Of a stretch of 60,517 nt of DNA, positions 41,209 through 50,597 are shown in pieces. The position numbers and the translations under genes were made by a program. Position 1 is the stretch's first letter, and the number at the start of each line of letters is the position of its first letter. Under the pieces are notes generated by a model. That model searched no databases and was not told the DNA's origin. It worked only from the letters and a program-made list of their open reading frames with translations. The stretch comes from Candidatus Peregrinibacteria bacterium (GTDB taxonomy: Bacteria; Patescibacteriota; Gracilibacteria; CAIRYL01; GCA-016699755). The stretch is from assembly GCA_024762935.1 (NCBI GenBank), contig JANTGK010000003.1:1-60517 (forward strand), written 5' to 3'.

Positions 41209-42054
41209 TTATATTTTCTGCTGCATTTTTGAAGCAGACACTCTCTGACTATGAAAAAACCAAAAAAGAAAAATCCAAAGAGTAAAAACATATTGAACAA
41301 TCCACTGAATCCATTCTGGCTTAGAATACCAACCAACAAGAACATTTAGTGGGAGTCCTACTATCCCTTCTTTATGATTAAAAAGTGTTCCAGAAAGATT
41401 GAATGCCTTCTGAAAAAGGATATTTTCTGTGCCCAAATATCCAAGAGACGTAAGAGCTGAAATGCTTTCATGAATCCCATACCCCAAAAGATATCCTGCT
41501 TGAAGGATAAGATAGATGAGGGTAATTCGGAACAGACTCGTAAAATTGATTCGAACCAAAGAATACGAAACGAGCAAAGAAACCAGAAGTGCAAATCCTG
41601 CACCGATTCCAATCGAAAGAAAATTATATTTACCAGCAAGGGCAAACAAAACAATTTCGACTCCTTCACGAAGAATCAATACAAAAGAAACAAAAAAGAG
41701 ACCCCAAGAAGAAAGATGAAGGGCTGCTTTTTTTTCAATCTGTGCTTTGATTTCTTTACTATGAGTAATCATCCAAAATATAAATGTTACAATCATTCCG
41801 ACAGCAACGAGACTAAAAACTGATTCCCAAATTTTTCCGATTTCACTCGTTTTTCCCAATGCATCTGCGAGAACAGTCAACAAAAAACCAAAAATGAAAG
41901 AAAGGACAATACTCACTATTGCCCCCCAAAGAACACTCTTCCGAAGATGACGATTTTTTGTTTTTTCTAAAAAAGCGAAGAGCAGAGTAAGAATTAAAAA
42001 AATCTCAAGCCCCTCACGAAACACCATAATAACACCTGGAATAGCAATATTCAT
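41209..42054 (-). CDS. FTR1/EfeU-family iron permease
   Basis: Two RExxE motifs (REGLE, REGVE); multi-TM. Confidence 0.9.
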   Translation of the reverse strand: MNIAIPGVIMVFREGLEIFLILTLLFAFLEKTKNRHLRKSVLWGAIVSIVLSFIFGFLLTVLADALGKTSEIGKIWESVFSLVAVGMIVTFIFWMITHSKEIKAQIEKKAALHLSSWGLFFVSFVLILREGVEIVLFALAGKYNFLSIGIGAGFALLVSLLVSYSLVRINFTSLFRITLIYLILQAGYLLGYGIHESISALTSLGYLGTENILFQKAFNLSGTLFNHKEGIVGLPLNVLVGWYSKPEWIQWIVQYVFTLWIFLFWFFHSQRVSASKMQQKI

Positions 42055-42056
42055 GT

Positions 42057-43214
42057 TTATACTTCAAAAAGAAAATACCACCCATACCCCACAATAAGTG
42101 CTGGGACAGCTGTATAAAGCGTTGCAAAAAAAGCAACTCGTGGTGCGAGAGCAATGGCCGGAAAAAGGGCATCGCCATCATTTGAGAGAGAGTTAGAAAT
42201 TTGAGCAGAAAATGGAACAATTCCCTGAAGATAGAGAGTCGTGAAAATAATCTGAGGCCCACATCCAGGAAGAAATCCAATGAGCGTTCCCGCAAGAGGC
42301 ATAAAGAGAACAAAACCTGAAAGAACTCCTGTGAATTCATACCCAGTCCAGTGCACCGGAAGATTAAATGAGAGGAAGGCAAAAAAGACCCACACAAAAA
42401 CAAAATTCGTATCAAAAATGACCTGTCCAAAAAACTGACGATGACTTGTTCGGTGTGTAACGAATTTTGGTGTCAGATACGAAGATGTCCCCCATAGGAG
42501 AAGTGACGTAATACCACCGACAAGTGACACAGAAAAGACAAGGGGGAAACCGAGCATTCCATCAATATCAATTTGAAATGCGTCGAAAAACTCAAAAATG
42601 AGACCTGGAATAAAAAGAAAAAGCCAAAATTGTTCACCTCGTGAAAACCGAAAAACTCCATCACAGGATGTTTCTTTTGATCCTTGATCTACTCGAAGAA
42701 AATCATATCCATGAATCCATTCCGTCAAATACCCAAAGACAATCCCAGAAATAAATCCAATCCCAAATATCAGAGCAGCATCTTGAGGTCTCTGAGAAAG
42801 CAGAAGGAAAGCCGCATCACCCATTGTTGAGGTAAGCACTGCCACCACAGACCCAAACCCCAACCGCCCTGCGACAAACTGTGTAATAACCATGATGGCT
42901 CCCCCACACCCGGGGAGAACTCCTAAAAATGCAGAAATAGGCACTTGATATTTTTTATTCTTTTGAAAAAACTGGTGAGTATCAAAATTGAAGAAATACT
43001 CTGCGCCGTAAAAAAGAAAAAGTGTAAGCCCCACAAAAATACTCACACCCAAATATGCATCAGCGAATGTTTGAAGAATGATATGAAATGTATCTCTGTA
43101 CCAAAATCCAGTAATGAAAAAAAAGATAAAAAATGTAAGCGTCACAACAAAATGAAGGTATTGATTTATATTTCGGCATCCGACACCAAGACAACTTTTT
43201 ATTTGTTTTGTCAT
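42057..43214 (-). CDS. Putative manganese/metal transporter (DUF2899/ArsP-like)
   Basis: Duplicated LPGCG motif, TMGDAAF, SNDGDALFP. Confidence 0.82.
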   Translation of the reverse strand: MTKQIKSCLGVGCRNINQYLHFVVTLTFFIFFFITGFWYRDTFHIILQTFADAYLGVSIFVGLTLFLFYGAEYFFNFDTHQFFQKNKKYQVPISAFLGVLPGCGGAIMVITQFVAGRLGFGSVVAVLTSTMGDAAFLLLSQRPQDAALIFGIGFISGIVFGYLTEWIHGYDFLRVDQGSKETSCDGVFRFSRGEQFWLFLFIPGLIFEFFDAFQIDIDGMLGFPLVFSVSLVGGITSLLLWGTSSYLTPKFVTHRTSHRQFFGQVIFDTNFVFVWVFFAFLSFNLPVHWTGYEFTGVLSGFVLFMPLAGTLIGFLPGCGPQIIFTTLYLQGIVPFSAQISNSLSNDGDALFPAIALAPRVAFFATLYTAVPALIVGYGWYFLFEV

Positions 43215-43219
43215 TTCTA

Positions 43220-43238
43220 ATTGATAATCGTTATCAAT
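43220..43238. promoter_or_regulatory. Fur-family operator
   Basis: ATTGATAAT-C-GTTATCAAT, a near-perfect TGATAATnATTATCA, between the metal transporters and bolA-grx. Confidence 0.75.
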
Positions 43239-43327
43239 ATTGTCCTCTCCTTATGACCGAAAAGCAAGAAAATAAATATTTGAAAAGTCACCTCTCATAT
43301 TCAAAAGATAAAAAATATGATACATTC

Positions 43328-43609
43328 ATGATAATGAAGCTTGTACAATCTTTTGAAGATCACCTCCGGCAATCTTTCTCTGAAATATACGTCATCGATG
43401 AACGTGGAGATGGGCATCACATTGAAGTCATTGCTATTGATCCCCTCTTTGAAACAATGAGTCGATTAGAAAGAAGTCGGCATATTCTTAATATTCTTGG
43501 CGGATTTCAAAAAACAATTCACGCTTTAAGTATAAAAGCCTATACACCTGAACAATGGAAAGAAAAGAAATCAAATTTTCAGCCCACAAGATATGTTCAT
43601 CTCCATTAA
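43328..43609 (+). CDS. bolA: BolA-family protein
   Basis: GDGHH, F..MSRLERSR, IHALSIKAYTPEQW; start moved to ATG 43328. Confidence 0.88.
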   Translation: MIMKLVQSFEDHLRQSFSEIYVIDERGDGHHIEVIAIDPLFETMSRLERSRHILNILGGFQKTIHALSIKAYTPEQWKEKKSNFQPTRYVHLH

Positions 43610-43621
43610 TTTTTTTTACCC

Positions 43622-43933
43622 ATGACCGAATCAGAAATCATACAAATAATAAAAGACAACCCCGTAGTCCTGTTTGGAAAAGGTGAGAAGGGGGCACCCC
43701 GTTGTGGCTTTACCGCAAACATGCAGAATATATTTGATGAACTCTATCCCGAATATGTAGCCGTAAATGTACTCGGAATCGAGGGAATCCGAGATATCAT
43801 AAAAAATATCTCCGATTGGCCAACATTTCCTCAGATATTTATCAATGAAAATTTTATTGGTGGTGGTGATATTGTCACTGAAATGTATGAAGAGGGCGAA
43901 TTACAAAAACTCTTAATAGGAGAAGAGGAGTAA
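43622..43933 (+). CDS. grxD: Monothiol glutaredoxin (Grx4 type)
   Basis: PRCGFT, SDWPTFPQ, GGGDI. Confidence 0.9.
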   Translation: MTESEIIQIIKDNPVVLFGKGEKGAPRCGFTANMQNIFDELYPEYVAVNVLGIEGIRDIIKNISDWPTFPQIFINENFIGGGDIVTEMYEEGELQKLLIGEEE

Positions 43934-43974
43934 AATAATATTTTTCAGATTGAGTCAATCATTCTTTATACATC

Positions 43975-44538
43975 ATGAAATATCACATAATGATTATCGG
44001 GACTATTCTTCTCGTACTGAGTGGTTGCAACAGTCAGAAAAATGACACCCTTATCGATAAAGAAACAGGAGCCATCATCCATACAGAGGTCCCAAATGAT
44101 ACACTTCAAATCGATAAGGAAACAGATGTTGTTTACTTCTACCTTATTGCTCACCCAGGAAATGATATGAGTAATATCGATCAGTACCTCGAAAGAGTAC
44201 CGTTTTCACTAAAGAGTAAAATCTTCACAAAATCAGATATGGTATATCAAGCCCTAAAAGCGCTCTTTGATGTTAAAAATGAATTTCACGAAGATTCAGG
44301 ACTACAAAATGCACTCTACTCCTCTTCTCTTCGAATAGTAAAAACTGATCAAGAAGATGACACCATGGGCATATTTATCAAAGGAAGAATGAGAGGAGGA
44401 GGAATCCTCTCTGACGATTTCATAAAGCGTCAAATAGAAAAAACTATTGAGCAATATGCTGGGAATTATAAAATCTTCCTCAATGGTTCAGAAAAGGAAT
44501 GGAGATGTGCACTGGATGAAAGCGGTATATGTGATTAA
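43975..44538 (+). CDS. Hypothetical lipoprotein (possibly GerMN-like)
   Basis: Lipobox LSGC; ALKALF and QIEKT..Q..IFLNG pattern. Confidence 0.6.
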   Translation: MKYHIMIIGTILLVLSGCNSQKNDTLIDKETGAIIHTEVPNDTLQIDKETDVVYFYLIAHPGNDMSNIDQYLERVPFSLKSKIFTKSDMVYQALKALFDVKNEFHEDSGLQNALYSSSLRIVKTDQEDDTMGIFIKGRMRGGGILSDDFIKRQIEKTIEQYAGNYKIFLNGSEKEWRCALDESGICD

Positions 44539-44571
44539 AAAGTTACGAGAAAAAAAATATATGTATCAATT

Positions 44572-45390
44572 ATGTTCACTATCATTTCTCCATCAAAAAC
44601 CCAAGATTTTAGTCGAGACTTCTCACAACAGGTTTCTGAGAAAGATTGTAGTCCTCCCTTTTTTCCTGAAGAAACAGAAGTCTTAGTAAACATGATAAAA
44701 ACAAAATCTACCAAAAACCTAGAAACTCTCATGAACATTTCTCCCCAGCTCGCAGAAAAAACCGCTGCATATTTCCAAAATTGGAACAGAGATTTCACAC
44801 AAAAAGATATATCTGTTGCGGCAAAGCAACAACAACCTTTTTCACCAGCAATTTTTGCCTTTTCTGGAGCTGTCTACAAAGCCCTAGAACATGAAAAATG
44901 GAAGAGAGATGATTTTCTCTTTGCCAATAAACACCTGGGGATTCTCTCTGGATTATATGGACTCCTCTCTCCTCTCACTTCTATAAAGCCATATCGATTA
45001 GAAATGGGAACGCGTCTCTGTTGGAAAACAGCTCAGAGAACATACGAAAACCTGTATGAGTATTGGAGAGAAAAAATCACTGACACAATGAATGCCATTC
45101 TTCAAAAAGAATCTGCTGTGATCAACCTTGCTTCACAGGAATACAGTAAGGTCATTAACCCAAAAAAACGAAAAGGGATATATATCGATGTTGATTTTAA
45201 AGTCCTCAAAAATGGAACACTAAAGACCATTGGTATTTTTGCAAAACGAGCGAGAGGTCATATGGTGAGTGAAATCATAACGAAAAGAATACAAACCCCT
45301 GAAGATATAAAAAAGTTTTCAAAAGACCATTGGAAATATCAAAAAACACTTTCCTCACCAAACACGTTTGTCTTTGTAAAAGAAATGTAA
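44572..45390 (+). CDS. yaaA: Peroxide-stress protein YaaA
   Basis: ISPSK, LSGLYGLL, PYRLEMG, NLASQEY, AKRARG. Confidence 0.92.
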   Translation: MFTIISPSKTQDFSRDFSQQVSEKDCSPPFFPEETEVLVNMIKTKSTKNLETLMNISPQLAEKTAAYFQNWNRDFTQKDISVAAKQQQPFSPAIFAFSGAVYKALEHEKWKRDDFLFANKHLGILSGLYGLLSPLTSIKPYRLEMGTRLCWKTAQRTYENLYEYWREKITDTMNAILQKESAVINLASQEYSKVINPKKRKGIYIDVDFKVLKNGTLKTIGIFAKRARGHMVSEIITKRIQTPEDIKKFSKDHWKYQKTLSSPNTFVFVKEM

Positions 45391-45400
45391 AGAAATAGTC

Positions 45401-46846
45401 CTACTGTATTTCTCGTATCTCTTTTGGGTCTTTTGCATGAAGTCGTGCCTCTTTAACATCAATGAGTCCATCATTAACGAGTTTCTGAAGGGCCTGATCA
45501 AGAGTCTGCATTCCATATCTCATTCCAGTAGAGATAGTAGAGGGGAGCTGAAAAATTTTATCTTTTCGAATAAGGTTTCTTACGCTCACTGTCCCGAGCA
45601 TCACTTCATATGCAGCGATTCTCCCCTTTCCATCCCTTCGTTTACAGAGAACCTGCGAAAGAACACATTGAACTCCTTCAGCAAGCATGGCCCTGATTTG
45701 AGATTGTTCCCCTGAGGGAAAAACATCAATAATACGGGTTATTGTATTCGGTGCACTTGACGTATGGAGTGTTCCAAAAACAAGATGCCCTGTTTCCGCT
45801 GCTGTAAGTGCCAGTGAAATTGTTTCGAGATCACGCATCTCTCCAATCATAATACAGTCAGGATCTTCTCGAAGAGCTGATTTAAGTGCCCGAGAAAATG
45901 ACTTTGTATGGGTGTTTACCTCCCTATGATTCACAAGAGATTTTTTCGATGTATGAAGTATCTCTACAGGATCTTCTATCGTTAAAATATGCCCCTCATC
46001 CTGCTCATTCATCATTTCTACAAGTGTTGCCAGTGTTGTTGATTTTCCGCACCCAGCTGACCCCGTTACGAGAATGAGTCCTTTCTTAAACTTCATAATA
46101 TCTCGAACACACTCGGGAAGATGAAGTTCTTCAAAACTCATAATTTTTTCTGAAATAATCCGGTATACCCCAACAATTCCTTTTAGAGTATCCATCGCAT
46201 TACATCGATACCGTCTTCCTTTGCTATCAACATAGCTAAAATCAACATCTTGTGTTTGTTTAAATTCTTTCCATTTTTCAGCAGTCATTGTCGCACGAAT
46301 CATTTCTTCCGTCTGTTGCTTTGTCAGGTTTGGTGCGCCGGGCAAACTCTCTATTTCACCAAAACGTCGCATTTTTGGAGGATGATTTGAAGTGATATGC
46401 ATATCAGAACCAGCATTATCACGAATATAATCGAAGAGACTCATAATCATTTGTTTTCCGACTTCTATCCGATCAGGAGGAATATCATCTGAATCTTCTT
46501 CTGTACATGAAAAATGACTTTCCTCAAGTGGGTTTTTAATATTTTTGGGAAGAGGCGGTGGAGAAAGTGATGATGACTCCTTACTGATAGGCTCCTCTGG
46601 AAGCTTCTCCTCAGCTTTCGCTAACGGAGAATCTCTTTCAACGGGAGGTTCTTCAATGGCAACGTCATCGACATTATTTTCATCTGTTTTCTGCAAATCA
46701 ATATCCTCAGCCGAAAGAGCGTCTTCCTGCAGAGAAATCGAAACCTCAAATTCCTCTTTCTCAGGAGCAGTATTGCTCTGCATAGGTGCAGGAATATGAA
46801 ATCCTTGAGAAGTATTCTGCTGAGTGTGTTGTGAGTTATCAGACAT
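45401..46846 (-). CDS. PilT/PilU-family retraction ATPase with an acidic/Pro-rich N-terminal extension
   Basis: GSAGCGKST, TIEDPVE, ALREDPD, GEMRD, GTLHT, SVRNLIR. Confidence 0.92.
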   Translation of the reverse strand: MSDNSQHTQQNTSQGFHIPAPMQSNTAPEKEEFEVSISLQEDALSAEDIDLQKTDENNVDDVAIEEPPVERDSPLAKAEEKLPEEPISKESSSLSPPPLPKNIKNPLEESHFSCTEEDSDDIPPDRIEVGKQMIMSLFDYIRDNAGSDMHITSNHPPKMRRFGEIESLPGAPNLTKQQTEEMIRATMTAEKWKEFKQTQDVDFSYVDSKGRRYRCNAMDTLKGIVGVYRIISEKIMSFEELHLPECVRDIMKFKKGLILVTGSAGCGKSTTLATLVEMMNEQDEGHILTIEDPVEILHTSKKSLVNHREVNTHTKSFSRALKSALREDPDCIMIGEMRDLETISLALTAAETGHLVFGTLHTSSAPNTITRIIDVFPSGEQSQIRAMLAEGVQCVLSQVLCKRRDGKGRIAAYEVMLGTVSVRNLIRKDKIFQLPSTISTGMRYGMQTLDQALQKLVNDGLIDVKEARLHAKDPKEIREIQ

Positions 46847-46854
46847 AAAGAATG

Positions 46855-47943
46855 TTATATGGTAGCAAGTTCTTGAAGAATCTCAGGAGGAGCAAATCTA
46901 TTGAGAAGATTAATATTCACGGCATATATAGAAGCCTCCTCATATGTAATAAGTCCTTGTTCAAGGAGTTCAATAAGTGCCTGATCTGTGGTCTTCATAC
47001 CAATATCACTGCCCCCCTGAATAGAAAGAGGTATCTGATACACTTCGCCTTTTCGCACCTGATTACGAATAGCATCATTTGCTATTAATACTTCTAGGGC
47101 AGCAACTCTTCCTCCTCCTTTTTTCTTTAAGAGTGCTTGTGCCACAATAAATTGGAGAGATTCAGCAAGCATTGCCTGAATTTGGTTTTGTTCTTCGGCA
47201 GGAAAGACATCGACAATTCGATTTACCGTTTTTGCAGCACTGGAGGTATGAAGGGTACCAAATACGAGTGCTCCTGTCTCAGCAGCAGTAAGGGCCAAGG
47301 ATATCGTCTCGAGATCACGCATTTCCCCCACGAGAACAATATCCGGATCTTGTCTCGTCACCGCTCGTAAAGAAGCAGAAAATGACGCTGTATGTTTTTT
47401 AACCTCTCTATGGGAAATAATACATTTATTGGGAGTATGGACAAACTCAACCGGGTCCTCAATAGTAACAATATGCCCCTTTCGCTCCCTATTAAAAAGA
47501 TCGACGATGGCAGCGAGTGTTGTTGATTTTCCACTTCCTGTTGGACCTGTCACAACGACGATTCCCTTCTTGAGATTTAATATTTTTCTGAGACTATCAG
47601 GAAGACCGAGTTTTTCAAAAGGAATGATTTCATTGGGAATAATTCGAAAAACAGCATTTACACCCTTTGTCGTAAAGAAGGTGTTCACACGAAATCGGGC
47701 AATATTTGGTATTTCGATTGCATAATCAAGATCACGCTCTGCTCGATAATGTGATTTTTTTTCTGAGTCCATTGTTTGTTCCACAAGTGCAGAAGCCATT
47801 TCATAGGTCAAAACAGGATACTTCTCTTGCACTACCATTGTTCCACTGACACGAAATCGAGGTTTCTCTTGAGTACTAATATGAATATCAGATGCTCCTT
47901 GAGCATTTGCTTCGGTCAGGAGAGAAAAAATATCAAAATCCAT
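46855..47943 (-). CDS. pilT: Type IV pilus retraction ATPase
   Basis: ASDIH, GPTGSGKST, GEMRD, AIRNQVR; start moved to ATG 47943. Confidence 0.92.
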   Translation of the reverse strand: MDFDIFSLLTEANAQGASDIHISTQEKPRFRVSGTMVVQEKYPVLTYEMASALVEQTMDSEKKSHYRAERDLDYAIEIPNIARFRVNTFFTTKGVNAVFRIIPNEIIPFEKLGLPDSLRKILNLKKGIVVVTGPTGSGKSTTLAAIVDLFNRERKGHIVTIEDPVEFVHTPNKCIISHREVKKHTASFSASLRAVTRQDPDIVLVGEMRDLETISLALTAAETGALVFGTLHTSSAAKTVNRIVDVFPAEEQNQIQAMLAESLQFIVAQALLKKKGGGRVAALEVLIANDAIRNQVRKGEVYQIPLSIQGGSDIGMKTTDQALIELLEQGLITYEEASIYAVNINLLNRFAPPEILQELATI

Positions 47944-48239
47944 AAATGGGAATATGTTCACAATAGTATATCGTAAAATATGTTCTAACACAATTAAAAT
48001 AAATGTAAATACATCTCCTGCATGAATACAAAAAGACAATCTCAAGGAATCATTCTGTACAGAATAATGCTCTCAAAACATGCAAGAAACATAGGCATGG
48101 TGGAGCACCCTTCTTGGAACCATACACACTCTCAATCCTAACAATGATTAGAAAAGGACATGGAGAAAAAATAGTTTTTGGAAGGATTCAAAAAGTAAGT
48201 TTTAGAAATTATTTTACAATGTAGAATTCAAAATTTCTC

Positions 48240-50042
48240 CTATTTTTTCTTTTCATTTCGTTTTCGGTCCGTTTCATTTCTCCACTTTTTTCGAATACGA
48301 ATATTTTCAGGGGTCACTTCCACATACTCATTCGCATCAATATATTCGAGTGCTTTTTCGAGAGTCATCTCCAGAGGAGGAACAAGATTAATGGCATCAT
48401 CTTTTCCACTCGCACGAACATTGGTAAGCTTTTTTCCTTTTAAAGGGTTTACCACAAGATCTGTTCCCTGATTATGCTCTCCGATAATCATTCCCTCATA
48501 CACACGTGTTTGCGGATGAATAAACATTGGACCACGTTCCTGAAGATTCCAAAGTGAATAAGCAACTGCCTCTCCGTCGACCCCCGAGATGAGAGATCCC
48601 ACTTGCCGTTTTTCAATCTTCCCCATATGTGGAACAAATTTTTCAAATGAATGATAAAGCGTTCCCTCTCCTTTTGTAAGAACAATAAAAACCCCACGAA
48701 AACCCAAAAGTCCGCGAGTAGGAGCAAAAAATTCGAGGACAGTTGTGCCACTGTCTGTTTTCATATTTTGCATTTCCCCTTTTCGTTTTGAAAGAGCTTC
48801 AATAACCGTTCCACTCATTTCTTCTGGAACATTGATGACAACGTGTTCAAGCGGCTCATGGATTACTCCATCAATTTCTTGAGTAACGACTTGTGGTTGA
48901 GAAACTTGTAACTCAAAGCCTTCACGACGCATATCTTCAATAAGAACTGCCAGATGCATTTCTCCTCGCCCATACACTTTAAAAGTGTCAGAATCATTAC
49001 TGAATTTTACCTGTAAGCCGACATTTGTTTCGAGTTCACGCTCAAGTCGTTCTCGAATATTCCGAGAAGTCACGAGCTTTCCTTCCTGACCAGCAAGTGG
49101 TGAATCATTCACCATAAAATCCATAGCAAGTGCTGGTGGATCAACTTCAATAGCTGGAAGAGGCTCAGCGGTATCATCGGTGGTAATGGTTTCTCCCACA
49201 AAAATATCAGAAATACCAGCGATAGCAACAATATCACCACAATGAACCTCATCAACTTCTTCCCGTTTGAGTCCTTGAAAAGAAAACGTTTGAGAAATCT
49301 TCCCCCTTCGTTTTTCGCCTTCAGGTGTAAGAATTGTCACCTGTGCCCCTTTTTTTACTGTTCCCTCATAAACACGACCAACAGCAATGCGTCCCAAAAA
49401 TGAATCATACGAAAGGGTTGCTGGCTGAAATCGGAAGGGTTTGTTTTCATCCATTTTTGTCACTGGGACCTCCTCTAACACCCAATCGAGCATAGGAGTG
49501 ATATCTTTTTTTTCATCATCAAGTTCTCGTATCGCTACACCATCACGTGCAACAGCATAAATGACTGGGAAATCAAGTTGCTCATCACTCGCTCCAAGTG
49601 TTCCAAACAGGTCAAAGACTTCATCGACGACCTCGTCTGGACGAGCAGCTGGCTTATCAATTTTATTAACGACCACCAATACCTTTAATCCCAATTCAAG
49701 GGATTTCTGGAGGACAAACTTTGTTTGAGGCATCGGCCCCTCATACGCATCAACAACGAGAAGTGTCGCATCAACTGTTCGAAGCATACGTTCGACCTCA
49801 CTTCCAAAATCAGCATGCCCGGGAGTGTCAATAATATTGATTTTTGTTCCTTTATAAGAAATAGCAGTATTTTTGGCATAAATGGTAATCCCTCGTTCTT
49901 TCTCCTGATCATTACTATCCATACAGCGCTCCTCTACATGTTCGTGTTCAGAAAAGGTACCACTTCCTTTCAAAAGAGCATCTACAAGTGTTGTTTTCCC
50001 ATGATCAACGTGGGCGATGATGGCAATATTTCGGATATCCAT
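48240..50042 (-). CDS. typA: Translational GTPase TypA/BipA
   Basis: [32 protein letters not shown]; start ATG 50042. Confidence 0.97.
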   Translation of the reverse strand: MDIRNIAIIAHVDHGKTTLVDALLKGSGTFSEHEHVEERCMDSNDQEKERGITIYAKNTAISYKGTKINIIDTPGHADFGSEVERMLRTVDATLLVVDAYEGPMPQTKFVLQKSLELGLKVLVVVNKIDKPAARPDEVVDEVFDLFGTLGASDEQLDFPVIYAVARDGVAIRELDDEKKDITPMLDWVLEEVPVTKMDENKPFRFQPATLSYDSFLGRIAVGRVYEGTVKKGAQVTILTPEGEKRRGKISQTFSFQGLKREEVDEVHCGDIVAIAGISDIFVGETITTDDTAEPLPAIEVDPPALAMDFMVNDSPLAGQEGKLVTSRNIRERLERELETNVGLQVKFSNDSDTFKVYGRGEMHLAVLIEDMRREGFELQVSQPQVVTQEIDGVIHEPLEHVVINVPEEMSGTVIEALSKRKGEMQNMKTDSGTTVLEFFAPTRGLLGFRGVFIVLTKGEGTLYHSFEKFVPHMGKIEKRQVGSLISGVDGEAVAYSLWNLQERGPMFIHPQTRVYEGMIIGEHNQGTDLVVNPLKGKKLTNVRASGKDDAINLVPPLEMTLEKALEYIDANEYVEVTPENIRIRKKWRNETDRKRNEKKK

Positions 50043-50160
50043 TTTTTTAAAAAAACGAAGGAGAGTATATGGTGTGTTTGTGAGAATAACAAGCCTTTTT
50101 CTTTCTCCTTCCATTTTTTAGAAGAATTCCTCGAAAAGAAAAGAGAAAGAATGAAGAAGA

Positions 50161-50189
50161 TTGAAGAAAACAAAAAAAACCTTTATAAT
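50161..50189 (+). promoter_or_regulatory. Sigma70-type promoter, probably giving a leaderless mRNA
   Basis: TTGAAG, 17-nt spacer, TATAAT; ATG 50196 lies 6 nt after the -10. Confidence 0.7.
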
Positions 50190-50195
50190 AACCTG

Positions 50196-50594
50196 ATGAC
50201 ACAATTTTGCACACAATGCGGGGAGAAAATTGAAGACGAAAGCATATTTTGTCCATACTGTGGAGCAAAAATAAAAGAGGAGAGAGATGAAAATCCAAAT
50301 ACCGATTCCAAAAATATTGAAAAAGAAGAACAAAAGATTCCTGAAGAAAAACCAAAAGGAAAAAATATAGGATTCGGGGTGATTATTTTGATGTATCTCA
50401 TTGCTACGGTTGGAGCCGTAGCAAATCTCAGCCTCGTAGGAATTCTCTCAGGAGGGTATTATTGGCTCAGTAAAACAAAAAATCAAGAAGGGAAGAAAGA
50501 AAAAAGGTATAATAGTCGATCTCGAAAACATGGGCTCGCTATTGTTATCCTTTCATTAATAAGCATGTTTGTCGTTCTTCTGTTAAGAGTCTAA
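50196..50594 (+). CDS. Zinc-ribbon membrane protein
   Basis: FCTQCG..FCPYCG plus 2-3 TM helices; the track's 49725 start is an antisense extension into typA. Confidence 0.8.
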   Translation: MTQFCTQCGEKIEDESIFCPYCGAKIKEERDENPNTDSKNIEKEEQKIPEEKPKGKNIGFGVIILMYLIATVGAVANLSLVGILSGGYYWLSKTKNQEGKKEKRYNSRSRKHGLAIVILSLISMFVVLLLRV

Positions 50595-50597
50595 ATC

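Noticed and set aside
49725-50195. N-terminal part of the 289-aa ORF
   Set aside because: It is antisense to typA; the promoter and zinc ribbon indicate a start at 50196
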